64,000 nt of DNA. It comes from Limisphaerales bacterium (GTDB taxonomy: Bacteria; Patescibacteriota; Microgenomatia; UBA1400; PJMF01). Location: the NCBI GenBank assembly GCA_044350895.1, contig JBILGT010000004.1, forward strand, positions 3,829 through 67,828, in the 5' to 3' direction. The translations under genes were made by a program, and so were the position numbers. The notes below the pieces were generated by a model that did no database searches, had not been told where the DNA came from, and saw only the letters and a program-made list of their open reading frames with translations. This document shows, piece after piece, positions 1 to 9,806 of the stretch. How positions within the stretch are numbered: the stretch's first letter is position 1; every line of letters begins with the position of its first letter.

Positions 1-927
1 GTTTCAATCAAAACACAGCAACGGATTGTTGAACCATTTATTGTGAATATTCCTGGATTTGGTCCAACAATTGGAAAAGAGAGAACTGAGCAAATTCAAC
101 GTGATATAGGCACTGGCTTTGTGGTTGATGAATCAGGACTTATCGTGACCAACAAACATGTGGTCAGTGAAACACAAGCGGAATACAAAGTAATCGATAC
201 CAAAAATACTGAATACGCAGTTACCAATATTTATCGCGATCCCACCAGTGATTTAGCAATCTTACGCGTTGAGGGCGCCAAACTCCCCAAACTTGCTCTA
301 GGCGAGTCCAACTCAATTAGAGTAGGAGAGCCAGTGATTGCGATTGGTACAGCACTGGGTGAATTCAGACATACAGTTACCACAGGCGTGATCTCTGGCC
401 TGGGTAGAGGAATTACTGCAAGTGGAGGATTTACGGGCAGTGAAGAACTTGAAAATGTAATTCAGACAGATGCAGCAATCAATCCAGGAAATTCTGGTGG
501 ACCACTGCTCAATAATAAAGGTCAAGTGATTGGCGTAAACGTCGCAGTTTCTGCCAATGCCCAAAATATTGGTTTTGCACTTCCTATCAACTTAGTAAAA
601 GATTCTCTCACCAATTTCAATCAAACAGGGCAGTTTGATCGTCCATTCTTTGGAGTCCGCTATCAACTTCTTACGCTCCAAGAATCAGTGGGAGCCAAAG
701 TTCCACAAGGTGCGCTGGTACTTGAGGTGATTCAGAATTCATCTGCTGCCGAAGCAGGTATGCTGCCCAATGATATTTTAATTGAAATAGATGGTCAGTC
801 GTTGACAGAAAAATCCACACTTGCTGAACTTATAAATAAAAAGAAAATTGGTGATCAGCTAACTATCAAATACTGGCGCGAAGGCAGCGAAAAAACTGCA
901 ACAGTTACATTGCGCAAAGCTCCCTAA
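1..927 (+). CDS. HtrA/DegP-family trypsin-like serine protease with C-terminal PDZ domain (5' partial; the frame is open to the window edge)
   Basis: The frame of ORF 43..927 stays open back to nt 1. It carries the catalytic triad context TNKHVV ... DLAIL ... GNSGGPL and a PDZ-like EIDGQS segment. Confidence 0.8.
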   Translation, partial: VSIKTQQRIVEPFIVNIPGFGPTIGKERTEQIQRDIGTGFVVDESGLIVTNKHVVSETQAEYKVIDTKNTEYAVTNIYRDPTSDLAILRVEGAKLPKLALGESNSIRVGEPVIAIGTALGEFRHTVTTGVISGLGRGITASGGFTGSEELENVIQTDAAINPGNSGGPLLNNKGQVIGVNVAVSANAQNIGFALPINLVKDSLTNFNQTGQFDRPFFGVRYQLLTLQESVGAKVPQGALVLEVIQNSSAAEAGMLPNDILIEIDGQSLTEKSTLAELINKKKIGDQLTIKYWREGSEKTATVTLRKAP

Positions 928-946
928 AGCAGATTACAAATTGGAA

Positions 947-1903
947 TTATTCTTCTGAATCTTCAGTCTCACCAGGAACATAATCGGGGTTGAGAAGAGC
1001 TGTGCGCAGCTCTAGCAACATCTCAGCAATACCACCGTTTATGATGGTCTCCAAGCTGTACCAGGACTGTTTGGTACGATGATCAGTCACACGATTTTGT
1101 GGATAGTTAAAAGTTCTAATTTTCTCCGCGCGTTGTGCACGACCAATGATGCTCCGTACTTCACCTTCTGCCTTGGCTTTCTTTTCTTCTTCAATTTCCC
1201 AGAGCTGAGACCGGAGGAGTTCGAGTGCAATTTTGCGATTTTGATCTTGCTTCTTTTCTTGGCGTGCGTTGACGACGACACCGCTTGGGATATGAACAAG
1301 TCGAACAGCACTATTTACCTTATTAACGTTTTGACCACCAGCACCGCCGGCACGCATAAATGACCATTCCAAATCTTCTTCTCTGATTTCGATAGCAGTA
1401 GGTGGAACTTCAGGTAAAACTGCCACACTAGCGGTTGAAGTGTGGATGCGACCTTGAGATTCAGTAGCGGGGACGCGTTGTACACGGTGGACTCCAGATT
1501 CAAATTGGAGCAGTTCATACACTGTCAAAATTTCATCACCAAATTGGGCTTTGCCATAAAACTTAACGATTGTTTCATCAATCATTTCAAATTTGAGCTT
1601 ATGATTTTCTGCAAAACGCATATACATGCGTAAAATGTCATTTGCCCAGATTTTTGCTTCATCACCACCAGTGCCACCGCGCACTTCCATGGTGCAGTTA
1701 CCTTTTTTACCAGTTTCACTGACATCTACTTCTTCATGTGAAGTCATTTGAGCTGCAGCTGCTTCAAGTTGAGAGCGTTGTTCTTGAAGTTGGCTAAGTT
1801 CTTCTTGGACTAAAGACGCCATTTCTGGATCTTGGGCAAGGAGTTCAGTTTCAGCAATTTTTTGAGTGAGTTGGTCAATCAGTGGTTGATAGGGGTTTGA
1901 CAT
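947..1903 (-). CDS. prfA: peptide chain release factor 1
   Basis: Has the GGQ motif ([12 protein letters not shown]) and the RF1-specific tripeptide context [14 protein letters not shown] (PxT, not the SPF of RF2). Confidence 0.85.
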   Translation of the reverse strand: MSNPYQPLIDQLTQKIAETELLAQDPEMASLVQEELSQLQEQRSQLEAAAAQMTSHEEVDVSETGKKGNCTMEVRGGTGGDEAKIWANDILRMYMRFAENHKLKFEMIDETIVKFYGKAQFGDEILTVYELLQFESGVHRVQRVPATESQGRIHTSTASVAVLPEVPPTAIEIREEDLEWSFMRAGGAGGQNVNKVNSAVRLVHIPSGVVVNARQEKKQDQNRKIALELLRSQLWEIEEEKKAKAEGEVRSIIGRAQRAEKIRTFNYPQNRVTDHRTKQSWYSLETIINGGIAEMLLELRTALLNPDYVPGETEDSEE

Positions 1904-1969
1904 ACTACAATCTTAAGCTACAAATACTCGCTACAGAATAGCCAAGTACAGGGCTCATTAGTATTACAG

Positions 1970-2350
1970 TTATTCTTGAGTTGCGCTAGATTTGCGAAGG
2001 GAATCCTGCTTTTCACGAAGTAAGTCGCGGTAGGTTTTTGGATCACCAGTTTGAACTTCAACTTTTTGCTTTGCCTGTTCTTTTTGAGCAAGAGCAAGTT
2101 TCTTTTCTTCAGCAAGTTTAATTTTCTTGTGGAAGCGGTCTACAGCACCTTGTGCATCAACAAAACGTACTTCACCAGTGAAAAATGGGTGAGAGTTTGA
2201 AGTAATATCTGAGTGGACAACCTGGTATTCAACATCATCAATAGTCATTTTTTCTTGAGTAACTAAGGTTGATGCAGTAATGAATTTGTAACCGGTAGCA
2301 GCATCGATAAATACGGTTGGATACATGGTTGGATGGATATTTTTTTTCAT
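1970..2350 (-). CDS. rpmE: 50S ribosomal protein L31 (type B, no Cys zinc ribbon) with a Lys/Glu-rich C-terminal extension
   Basis: N-terminus MKKNIHP ... HPFFTG ... VDRFHKK matches L31; it sits upstream of prfA on the same strand. Confidence 0.8.
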   Translation of the reverse strand: MKKNIHPTMYPTVFIDAATGYKFITASTLVTQEKMTIDDVEYQVVHSDITSNSHPFFTGEVRFVDAQGAVDRFHKKIKLAEEKKLALAQKEQAKQKVEVQTGDPKTYRDLLREKQDSLRKSSATQE

Positions 2351-2435
2351 AATGCTTTCGCGAAGTACCTATTTTACCAGAAACCCTCGAGAACTGCAAA
2401 AGGAGATTTTGCGAACAAGCCAGTATAATGGTGAC

Positions 2436-3014
2436 ATGAATTTACAAACATATTTGGCTGAAAATCCCAAAAAGCATTTAATTTTCGATTTTGATGAAAC
2501 GCTTTTCACTTTGCTACTTCCATGGGAAAAATACATCAAAGAATTAACGCAGAAACTGCTCGATTTTGATCCCACACTTGCTGAGTTCAGTCAGGGCAAA
2601 ATTCTCAATGATGTTGAAAATGAAGCAGTGCGCAGATGGGGGGAACCTGCAATGCAGATCAGAAGGACATATAGTGAACAGTTTGAATCTACCTTTTTAA
2701 CAGGTGCAGAAGAGCATAGTGAGTTAACGGCATTTGTCAAAGACAATCATAAACACTTTGAATGCAGTATCTGGACTTCAAATATGCGGACTACAATCAT
2801 GCCGATTTTGCAGAAAAATGCTTTGGATCAGTGTTTTAAAAAAATTGTCACAAAAAGTGACGTTTCATTTACAAAACCCAATCCAGAAGGGTTTGAATCA
2901 ATTTTTGATTCCTCTACTCAGAAAAAAACGGAGTATTTGATGATTGGTGATAGTCAAAACGACAGAGGTGCTGCACAAAATGCAGAAATAGATTTTTTCC
3001 ATGTCACAGATTAG
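2436..3014 (+). CDS. HAD-superfamily hydrolase (subfamily IA-like)
   Basis: Has HAD motif I FDFDETLF (DxDxT) and motif IV GDSQND. The ORF-track start at 2325 overlaps rpmE and translates to low-complexity sequence, so the ATG at 2436 is preferred. An AGGAG at 2401 is too far upstream to act as its RBS. Confidence 0.6.
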   Translation: MNLQTYLAENPKKHLIFDFDETLFTLLLPWEKYIKELTQKLLDFDPTLAEFSQGKILNDVENEAVRRWGEPAMQIRRTYSEQFESTFLTGAEEHSELTAFVKDNHKHFECSIWTSNMRTTIMPILQKNALDQCFKKIVTKSDVSFTKPNPEGFESIFDSSTQKKTEYLMIGDSQNDRGAAQNAEIDFFHVTD

Positions 3015-3097
3015 TCTTGAAGATTTGACAGCAAGTGAACTTGGCTTTTAATAAAATCAGTTTATAATCCGCCTATAATTAGTTGAAAAAGCAAGGT

Positions 3098-4279
3098 ATG
3101 AGTAAGCTTACAGAGCTCAATAAAGTGTCAAGATCTGAATGGGATTTTATCAAGGATGGAGCAAAATCTGATCTCCAAAGAGCTGAAATGCGCCTGAGTA
3201 ACCATGAGTCTTGGGAGGATTTTAAACTTACTTCAACAATACTTCTGCGCCAGTTGTGGCAAAACAAACTCTATCGCTCTGAGAGAAGAGAGTTCAGAGA
3301 AACATTTGGTGATTCTCGCAAAGCTTCAAACGAACTTTTCTCTTTATTTTTCATTAATTTGCTTGCTGAATATTGGGACAAAATCAATAAGCCAAAATTG
3401 CCCTCGCTTATCCTTGATGGTCCAGTGCGGTCTGGTACTAGTACCCAAGCAGAACTTTGGCAAAAGTATTTTGACTTTGAATCTCTGCAAATGGGAATGA
3501 TGTTTCGAGCAATTGCTTTTATTTCTCAAATGAATGGATTAACTCCTCCAGAGGTAATCAAACTTACCAAAGGAGGGTATTTTCACTTTTGTATTCGATT
3601 CCAGGATGATCAGCCAACTTTTGAGGTATCGTGTACCCATCCTGATCATCAATTTCTGCAAAATATAGAAAAATCTCAGTTTGGTATTTTGCGCACTTCA
3701 GAAATTGACAAATATGCTTCTTCACTCAATTCTGATCCAGAACGTGCTGTAGAAAAAATGGTAGTAAATGCAGTCAATATGTATCTTGAAAAAAATAATG
3801 GTGTAGTAATGGAAGGCCGCAATTTAGCATCGATAATACCATCTTTTTCGCTAAGAGCATTCTATCTTGCGGTGAGCGATGAAGAAGCAAAACGACGGGA
3901 AGTAGAGAGTGTTAAACGACAGAGTAAAAAGAGTGGAAACCCACCACCTTCAGATGAAGAGTTGGCTCGATTGGCGCAAATGGTTGTGGAAAGAAATGCA
4001 AGTGACACGCGCAATGGAATTTTGCTATCACCCGAGGATGCTTTTAGGTCAGAAAAATATACGGCTATATATAATACAGGCGAAGGTGGCCCATATTATT
4101 TATTTAACTCAATGGTAAATGTGCATGACATTATTAGGCTTGATGACCTTTTTATTCCCAATATTTATGCATATATGCGGCTGGTACTTTTCACAGGATA
4201 TTCTGAACTACCAAGTAATTCACTGATGCACTTTTCGCGCAGAAGAAATCGAGAGCCAGGTAATAGGGCGTTGGCATAA
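3098..4279 (+). CDS. cytidylate-kinase-fold protein with a degenerate P-loop and large N- and C-terminal extensions (possible pseudokinase)
   Basis: LILDGPVRSGTSTQ parallels Cmk IAIDGPAGSGKST with K replaced by T. LQMGMMFRAIAF parallels Cmk LDTGAMYRAVAL. ERNASDTRNG...LSPEDA parallels the Cmk LID segment. Start could be TTG 3083 or ATG 3098. Confidence 0.45.
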   Translation: MSKLTELNKVSRSEWDFIKDGAKSDLQRAEMRLSNHESWEDFKLTSTILLRQLWQNKLYRSERREFRETFGDSRKASNELFSLFFINLLAEYWDKINKPKLPSLILDGPVRSGTSTQAELWQKYFDFESLQMGMMFRAIAFISQMNGLTPPEVIKLTKGGYFHFCIRFQDDQPTFEVSCTHPDHQFLQNIEKSQFGILRTSEIDKYASSLNSDPERAVEKMVVNAVNMYLEKNNGVVMEGRNLASIIPSFSLRAFYLAVSDEEAKRREVESVKRQSKKSGNPPPSDEELARLAQMVVERNASDTRNGILLSPEDAFRSEKYTAIYNTGEGGPYYLFNSMVNVHDIIRLDDLFIPNIYAYMRLVLFTGYSELPSNSLMHFSRRRNREPGNRALA

Positions 4280-4370
4280 GAATCTTTTCACTGCTGATTT
4301 AATATAATTTTCTGATACAATAGTTAACTTTGTAGGAAATAATTAAACCCATAATAATATAATAGGGGTT

Positions 4371-5444
4371 TTGAATAAAGTAGAAATGAAATTAGTTGAA
4401 CAGACTTTTACTGAACGAGAAGCTCAGGCGTGTAATACCATCATTGATGTACGCAAACAATTTTTAGGAGTATATCCTTGGCAAATCATTGTTGGTTTGG
4501 ATGGCGGTATGGCTACAGGAAAAGGCGTTCAAGCCAGAATCCATCGTGAAAGCGGTTTTTTGATAGCAAGTAGTGGTGGTTTTTATCGAGCTTGTGCTTG
4601 GTTATGTTGCTACCTCAATATTTTTGATGCTGAGAAAATCTCCACTTCTTTGCATGAGATTGCACAACAGAGAGCCCAGGGGAACGACACTGGTGCGGCA
4701 GAACTTCATGCTGAACTAAAAGCATATATCTACTCTAAAGAAGAGTTGATGATTCATCTGATCCAAGACGTTCAGCTTGATTTGGTTACAAATGATAATA
4801 CAGAACAAGTAGTAGTAAAACATCCATTTTTGGGAGCACAACAGTTCGCACTTGATGCAAAAGTTGTTCTGAGACAGCCACATGTAGAAGAAGTTACAAA
4901 AATCCTCAGTGGCTTGCAGCGAGTTACAAGTGTTGTTGATCTGCAAATTAGAAGCTTGGCACAGCGAACACATCGCTTCTTTGGTGAAGGAAGAGACAAA
5001 CGAGCAAATCTGTCAGGACTTGAGAATACTTGGATTGGATATACTGCGGTTACCCCAAAAGTGCGTAATCAGCGTGAAGTGCAGCGGAGAAAAGAGCAGC
5101 TTGGTGTACGAAACTTATCTAGAGCTGATGAACATGCTGCAATTATGCAAGCTCAGGCTCGTGATGAATCGGATATGAGTCCACAGCGAAAATTTGGCCG
5201 ATTACTCCGTAGGGATGAAGCACTAAAATCAGGGGCATATGACGGATTTATTGATACAACAAATTTTACACCGTGTGAAGTTGCGCTCATAACATATTGG
5301 TTTTTGGCAAATCACTTTGCACCAAACTCACCATTTGCATTCTCCATAATGAAAGAAATCGAGCAAACCTATGTGGTAGATAGTAAGCGAAGTGTACTTA
5401 AACTCCAACGTAAACATAACCTCGTATATGCAGGTGCAGACTAG
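4371..5444 (+). CDS. extended cytidylate-kinase-like protein (P-loop retained), paralog of the preceding gene
   Basis: IVGLDGGMATGKGV (GxxxxGKG P-loop), SSGGFYRACAWL (NMP-binding), QARDESDMSPQRKFGRLLRRDEAL (LID-like) and IDTTNFTPCEV (Cmk C-terminal IDTS...EEV). It is 357 aa against roughly 220 aa for canonical Cmk. Start could be TTG 4371 or ATG 4386. Confidence 0.45.
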   Translation: MNKVEMKLVEQTFTEREAQACNTIIDVRKQFLGVYPWQIIVGLDGGMATGKGVQARIHRESGFLIASSGGFYRACAWLCCYLNIFDAEKISTSLHEIAQQRAQGNDTGAAELHAELKAYIYSKEELMIHLIQDVQLDLVTNDNTEQVVVKHPFLGAQQFALDAKVVLRQPHVEEVTKILSGLQRVTSVVDLQIRSLAQRTHRFFGEGRDKRANLSGLENTWIGYTAVTPKVRNQREVQRRKEQLGVRNLSRADEHAAIMQAQARDESDMSPQRKFGRLLRRDEALKSGAYDGFIDTTNFTPCEVALITYWFLANHFAPNSPFAFSIMKEIEQTYVVDSKRSVLKLQRKHNLVYAGAD

Positions 5445-6682
5445 CCGCTACATTTTTCAATGAGCTCTTCTACAGTACAGCTCACTTGATCTCCAGTTTT
5501 CATGTTTTTCAATGCAACTGTGTTCTCCGCCATTTCTGTTTCACCAATGATAACAACATAGAGAATTTTCTTTTGGTCGGCCAGTTTGAACTGTTTACCC
5601 AGTTTATCAACAGCAGGGTAGACCTCCGTTTTAATGCCGCTGGTACGAAGTTGTGTTGCAACTTTAAGTGAGGTTGCAGCGTACTGTTCTTCAAATACTG
5701 TAACAAGCACTTGTGATCCCAAACTTTCAGCGGGGAGCAGCTTCAGTTCATCCAAAACTTCTACAGTACGATCGAAGCCGACCGCGAATCCAACAGCGGG
5801 CATTTGATAGCCAGAGAGTTGGTTGATGAGATTGTCATAGCGACCGCCGCCACCCAAAGAACCACTTGGATATTCGGGTACTCGTGACTCAAAAATAAGT
5901 CCGGTGTAGTAATCTAAGCCGCGAGCAAGGTTGGGGTTAAATTTGAGTGCAGCAGTAGGCACACCCAGTGCTGTAGCCTTGTCTACGATCTGCTGTAATT
6001 GTGCTGATGGTGTGACCTTTTGCAGTTCGCTGAGGAGCTTATCTGCTGCTGTTTGGGTAAGGCCCTTCGTGACAAGTTCGGCAGCTACTTCCGCAGGTGT
6101 TTGCTTATCAAGTTTATCAATTGATTGTGTCAATGACATCACTGTAACTTCGGGTGTAGAAAATGGTGTCAAAAATGACATGAGCGTCTCGCGGTCATTG
6201 ATCTCAATCACTACATTGGCGAGTCCCAGCTCTTTGTAGACAGAGTAGAAAACTGCCAAAACTTCAGCATCTGCCAAAGAATCGGTACTGCCAAAAATGT
6301 CACAATCACTTTGTGTAAATTCGCGGTAGCGACCTTTCTGCGGTTTGTCGGCACGGAAAACATTTTGGATTTGATAGCGACGGAAGTAGCGTGGCAACTC
6401 ACCTTGATACTGGTAGAGAATACGGGCAGTTGGCACAGTCTGGTCATACCGCAAGGCAATATCGCGATCGCCTCGGTCTTTGAAATTGTAGACTAGTTTG
6501 TCGGCTTCGTCGCCGTATTTACCAAGCAAAAGCTCTGCATATTCCAAAGTAGGAGTTTCAATAGGTTCGAAACCGAACTTCTCGTAGACTGCCTTCATTT
6601 TGGCAATAACGTAGTCACGCTTGCGCTTTTCTTCTGGTAAAAAGTCTCGAAAGCCTTTTAATGTTTGTACTGGTGATGACAT
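5441..6682 (-). CDS. hisS: histidine--tRNA ligase
   Basis: MSSPVQTLKGFRDFLPEE ... class II aaRS motifs, GRYDNL, and a C-terminal anticodon-binding domain. The ATG at 6682 is preceded by AAGGAA; the 15 upstream codons of the ORF-track call are unlikely to be translated. Confidence 0.9.
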   Translation of the reverse strand: MSSPVQTLKGFRDFLPEEKRKRDYVIAKMKAVYEKFGFEPIETPTLEYAELLLGKYGDEADKLVYNFKDRGDRDIALRYDQTVPTARILYQYQGELPRYFRRYQIQNVFRADKPQKGRYREFTQSDCDIFGSTDSLADAEVLAVFYSVYKELGLANVVIEINDRETLMSFLTPFSTPEVTVMSLTQSIDKLDKQTPAEVAAELVTKGLTQTAADKLLSELQKVTPSAQLQQIVDKATALGVPTAALKFNPNLARGLDYYTGLIFESRVPEYPSGSLGGGGRYDNLINQLSGYQMPAVGFAVGFDRTVEVLDELKLLPAESLGSQVLVTVFEEQYAATSLKVATQLRTSGIKTEVYPAVDKLGKQFKLADQKKILYVVIIGETEMAENTVALKNMKTGDQVSCTVEELIEKCSG

Positions 6683-6757
6683 AGATTCCTTTTTTAAAGA
6701 AAGATTTATTCTCATTCGACACGGCAAACAACATTTGCCTTGATGACCTCACTATCC

Positions 6758-6786
6758 ATTATCACTGACGATTTCACTAGGTCAAT
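6758..6786 (-). promoter_or_regulatory. candidate sigma70-type promoter for hisS (TTGACC-N17-GATAAT on the minus strand)
   Basis: On the minus strand, ggtcaa (6781-6786) reads TTGACC and attatc (6758-6763) reads GATAAT, with a 17-nt spacer. This leaves a roughly 70-nt leader containing the hairpin GGCAAAC/GTTTGCC (6722-6738). Confidence 0.3.
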
Positions 6787-6859
6787 GACGTTCGGTCAAC
6801 AGTCTTCATATCGAATAAATTTTTCCCTTTCATTTATATTATTTTTTACTACTAGATAC

Positions 6860-6882
6860 AAAAAAACCGCTCGGGAGCGGTT
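6860..6882 (-). terminator. rho-independent terminator downstream of the M29-like peptidase gene
   Basis: Minus-strand reading AACCGC-tcccga-GCGGTT is followed by seven U residues. Confidence 0.6.
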
Positions 6883-7008
6883 GTATTTACTTTCAAGACA
6901 CTACAAACCACCCCTCAATCGAGAGTATGGTGATGATGAGTAGTGATGACGATTTGTGTAGTCATAAAAAACAATTATATCATGATCCCTTTTTATCCTA
7001 AAGTTGTA

Positions 7009-8013
7009 TTAGCTGGGGAATACAAAAACACGATTGGCGAGGATCTTCTCTGAATCAAATAAAACAGTAGGTTCTGAGATCAAACCATCAATGTGAATCG
7101 GTACGTTGTTTTCACCACCAATCGCACTGGAATTACCAAATGCGACGTGGACAGTGCCATAGGCTTTTTCTGCTTCCAGAAGATTCTGAGAAATACTTGC
7201 CGCTGGATTGGTTCCGATGCCAATTTCCGCAACGATTCTGCCAGCTTCTCCAAACTGATTCAGCTTATTCCACAACCGTTGAGCAGCTGTGCCACCTTCT
7301 ATTTTTGTGGCGACACCATTCTGAATAGTCACGGTGATAGGAGCATCAAGGATGTCATCGGCAATTGAGCCATCTATGACTAATGTGCCATTGGTGGAGC
7401 CGAGCAGTGGGGCATAGAACACCTCTCCTGCAGGAAGATTGCCTGTTTCACCAGGAAGTATGAACCCTGAGTCATTGATGACTCCAGTTTGGCGTACACG
7501 AGCGGTAAGATTTGTTCCCTGAATGCTGGTGACAGTGACTTGTTCCGTTTTTTGTAAAAGATCTTTAAGCGTAGTCCCAAGTTCTCGAATTGAATCATAT
7601 GGAATACTGAGTGCTCGCATAATCAGTTCATGATCAGCTCCAGGTAGACTTGCACCACGGCCATTATTGAGTCTGGCAGCCTTGCCTGCGGCAGTGTGGG
7701 TGAGGGAAAAAACTGTCTGTAAAATGACGATTGAAGCTTGTTCAGCAGCAGTGACAAGTTCAGTTGGTGGTTCTTCACCAGATCGTGTCATCTCAGAAAT
7801 AACAATTAGATCAATGGGAAGTCCAAGTTCTTTGGCAGACTCAAACCAAATGGCGGCTTCATTTTGTAACATGCGTTCATCCGCCACAATCAACACAGAA
7901 TCTGAAGGTGTGTAGCCCAAATTTAACTCTAAAATTTGTTTCCCGAGCGCTGCTTCATGAGGGGTGAGTGGGCGGATTGAATACTCTTGGTTGAGTCGTT
8001 GGGAAATTTTCAT
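7009..8013 (-). CDS. aminopeptidase-like protein (M29/AmpS-type fold suspected)
   Basis: The C-terminal segment GTVHVAFGNSSAIGGENNVPIHIDGLI resembles the metal-binding HIA(F/L)G...HWD/HID region of M29 aminopeptidases. At 334 aa it is shorter than typical M29 enzymes. Confidence 0.45.
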   Translation of the reverse strand: MKISQRLNQEYSIRPLTPHEAALGKQILELNLGYTPSDSVLIVADERMLQNEAAIWFESAKELGLPIDLIVISEMTRSGEEPPTELVTAAEQASIVILQTVFSLTHTAAGKAARLNNGRGASLPGADHELIMRALSIPYDSIRELGTTLKDLLQKTEQVTVTSIQGTNLTARVRQTGVINDSGFILPGETGNLPAGEVFYAPLLGSTNGTLVIDGSIADDILDAPITVTIQNGVATKIEGGTAAQRLWNKLNQFGEAGRIVAEIGIGTNPAASISQNLLEAEKAYGTVHVAFGNSSAIGGENNVPIHIDGLISEPTVLFDSEKILANRVFVFPS

Positions 8014-8055
8014 AAGTATCGTGATTTTATCACCCAGAGTGCTATTATAAACACC

Positions 8056-8430
8056 ATGAATGAGTTTAAAAATTTAACCAAAAGGATTATTCAATTTCGC
8101 AAAGCACGCGGCTGGAAAAAGTATCATGGTCCAAAAGATATGGCGTTGGGAATGCTCATCGAAGCTGCTGAGTTTGCTGAGTTGGTGCAATATTTTACAG
8201 GCACTGAGTTGAAAAAGCGGATCAAAGAGCGAAAAGAAGCACTGGCTGATGAACTGGTGGATGTCTTGTGGTGGGTGCTTTTGAACGCCCATGATTTGGG
8301 AATAGATATTCAAGAAGCATTTGAGCGAAAGATTGCTAAAAATGCAAAGAAGTACCCGCCGCTGGAAGATCCCAGGACAGGTGAAGTGGGTAAAGGATTC
8401 GAAATAGATAAAAAAATGAAAAGTGAGTAG
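8056..8430 (+). CDS. MazG-like nucleotide pyrophosphohydrolase
   Basis: EAAEFAELVQYF ... ELADVLWWVL is the all-alpha NTP-PPase signature. The ATG at 8056 is preferred over the ORF-track start, which overlaps the upstream gene. Confidence 0.65.
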   Translation: MNEFKNLTKRIIQFRKARGWKKYHGPKDMALGMLIEAAEFAELVQYFTGTELKKRIKERKEALADELVDVLWWVLLNAHDLGIDIQEAFERKIAKNAKKYPPLEDPRTGEVGKGFEIDKKMKSE

Positions 8431-8460
8431 TTTTCAGTGCTACAATATGCGTGTGTTTTT

Positions 8461-8533
8461 GGGCCTGTAGCTCATCTGGTAGAGCGTTGCATTCGCATTG
8501 CAGAGGTGGTCGGTTCAAGTCCGATCAGGTCCA
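8461..8533 (+). tRNA. tRNA-Ala (anticodon CGC)
   Basis: Hand-folded cloverleaf: acceptor GGGCCTG/CAGGTCC with the G3:U70 Ala identity pair, anticodon loop TTCGCAT, T-loop TTCAAGT. CCA is not encoded. Confidence 0.85.
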
Positions 8534-8561
8534 CAACTTACAAATTTTGAGTGAGGAATAT

Positions 8562-8855
8562 ATGCAAAATTTTGAACAAGAGCACATGGCATCTATTGGA
8601 CCTAATCTTAGTACACCTCTAACTGCAGATGAACTCAGTTTTGCCATTGACTTTGCGGCTGCACAAATCGTTTTTTCTGAACAAGTAAAGCATCCACAAT
8701 CTGAAAAATTTGCTCATGATTGGCAAGTAATATTGCTTGCACTTACAACAGACCGCGGTGCCAGTATACCGACTAGCAATATTAAATGGTGGGGTTGGCA
8801 CCAGGTGAGATCACTCTTCACCACTGTGCAAGCAGAGCGATATAAAAAAGGGTAG
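8562..8855 (+). CDS. hypothetical small protein (97 aa)
   Basis: ATG at 8562 with a GAGGAA RBS 4 nt upstream. The longer ORF-track call (8451) runs through the tRNA and is rejected. Confidence 0.4.
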   Translation: MQNFEQEHMASIGPNLSTPLTADELSFAIDFAAAQIVFSEQVKHPQSEKFAHDWQVILLALTTDRGASIPTSNIKWWGWHQVRSLFTTVQAERYKKG

Positions 8856-8864
8856 AATCTAGAT

Positions 8865-9797
8865 ATGCAAAATGAACAAGAATTTTCAATTGTGACACCA
8901 AGTGGCTGGAGTGACTACAAACTGATTGATAGTGGTGATGGTGAAAAATTGGAACAATTTGGTGAGTATCGTTTGGTACGTCCAGATCCACAAATTTTGT
9001 GGCAGCGTTCTCAACCTCAAGCAGAATGGCAGAACTGTGCTGCGTTTTTTGAGCGCTCATTTGAAGATAAGGGTGACTGGAGAATGCGCACCAAAATGAA
9101 AGATGAGTGGCCAATGCACTGGCGTGATCTCACCTTTATGGCAAAACTCTCACCGTTCAAACACACGGGAATTTTCCCAGAACAGAGTGGACACTGGCAG
9201 TGGTTTCGAGAAATTCTTGAATCAAAAATTGAGAATTGGAAGAGTGGGGGATCTACTGAAGGGGAGCGACCACACATTTTAAATCTCTTTGCGTATACTG
9301 GTGGCGCAAGTATTGTGGCAGCCAAAACGGGGGCAAAAGTTACTCATGTTGATGCGTCACGTTCGTCAATTGGATGGGCGAAGAAAAACCAAGCTGCCTC
9401 TGGATTGGATGAGCGCTCAATACGATGGATACTCGATGATGTGGTGACATTTGTGGGACGTGAAGTAAAACGCGAAACACGTTACGATGGCATTATTTTA
9501 GATCCACCTATTTATGGACATGGACCAAATGGTGAGCGCTGGGATTTTAAAAAGTCATTGCCAGTTTTGCTTGATTTATGCCGACAAGTTCTGGTACAGA
9601 AACCACAGTTTATTTTGATTAATGCCTACGCTGTCAGTACCTCAGCGGTTACGTTGGGTAATTTGCTAGAAGATACAATGAAAGGCAAGCAGGGTGTTGT
9701 TTCAATTGGGGAACTTGCTCTCCAACAAGAGCGTCCTGAAGCAGCAAAGCGATATCTTTCCACAGGAATTTGGGCTCGTTGGCAAGCAAACTACTAG
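8865..9797 (+). CDS. class I SAM-dependent RNA methyltransferase (RlmI/YccW-like)
   Basis: NLFAYTGGASIVAA (SAM-binding motif I), ILDPPIYGHG (DPP(F/Y) motif) and an N-terminal PUA/EVE-like region. Confidence 0.6.
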   Translation: MQNEQEFSIVTPSGWSDYKLIDSGDGEKLEQFGEYRLVRPDPQILWQRSQPQAEWQNCAAFFERSFEDKGDWRMRTKMKDEWPMHWRDLTFMAKLSPFKHTGIFPEQSGHWQWFREILESKIENWKSGGSTEGERPHILNLFAYTGGASIVAAKTGAKVTHVDASRSSIGWAKKNQAASGLDERSIRWILDDVVTFVGREVKRETRYDGIILDPPIYGHGPNGERWDFKKSLPVLLDLCRQVLVQKPQFILINAYAVSTSAVTLGNLLEDTMKGKQGVVSIGELALQQERPEAAKRYLSTGIWARWQANY

Positions 9798-9806
9798 TTT
9801 TGAAAT

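Noticed and set aside
1079-1633. Antisense and alternative-frame ORFs within prfA (1079..1363+, 1087..1311-, 1315..1518-, 1442..1633+).
   Set aside because: They are fully contained in the RF1 gene and translate to low-complexity, Lys/Phe-rich sequence typical of out-of-frame AT-rich DNA.
6683-6860. Possible T-box riboswitch in the hisS leader; a GGGGTGGT string lies nearby.
   Set aside because: The GGGTGG string sits on the far side of the terminator, downstream of the neighbouring gene. It is not followed by ACCGCG, and no specifier stem, GA motif or antiterminator arrangement is recognisable. The region is better explained as a plain promoter with a roughly 70-nt leader.
8451-8561. The N-terminal 37 codons of ORF 8451..8855 overlap tRNA-Ala(CGC).
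   Set aside because: This stretch is the tRNA gene itself read in another frame. The real CDS starts at ATG 8562, which has a good RBS.
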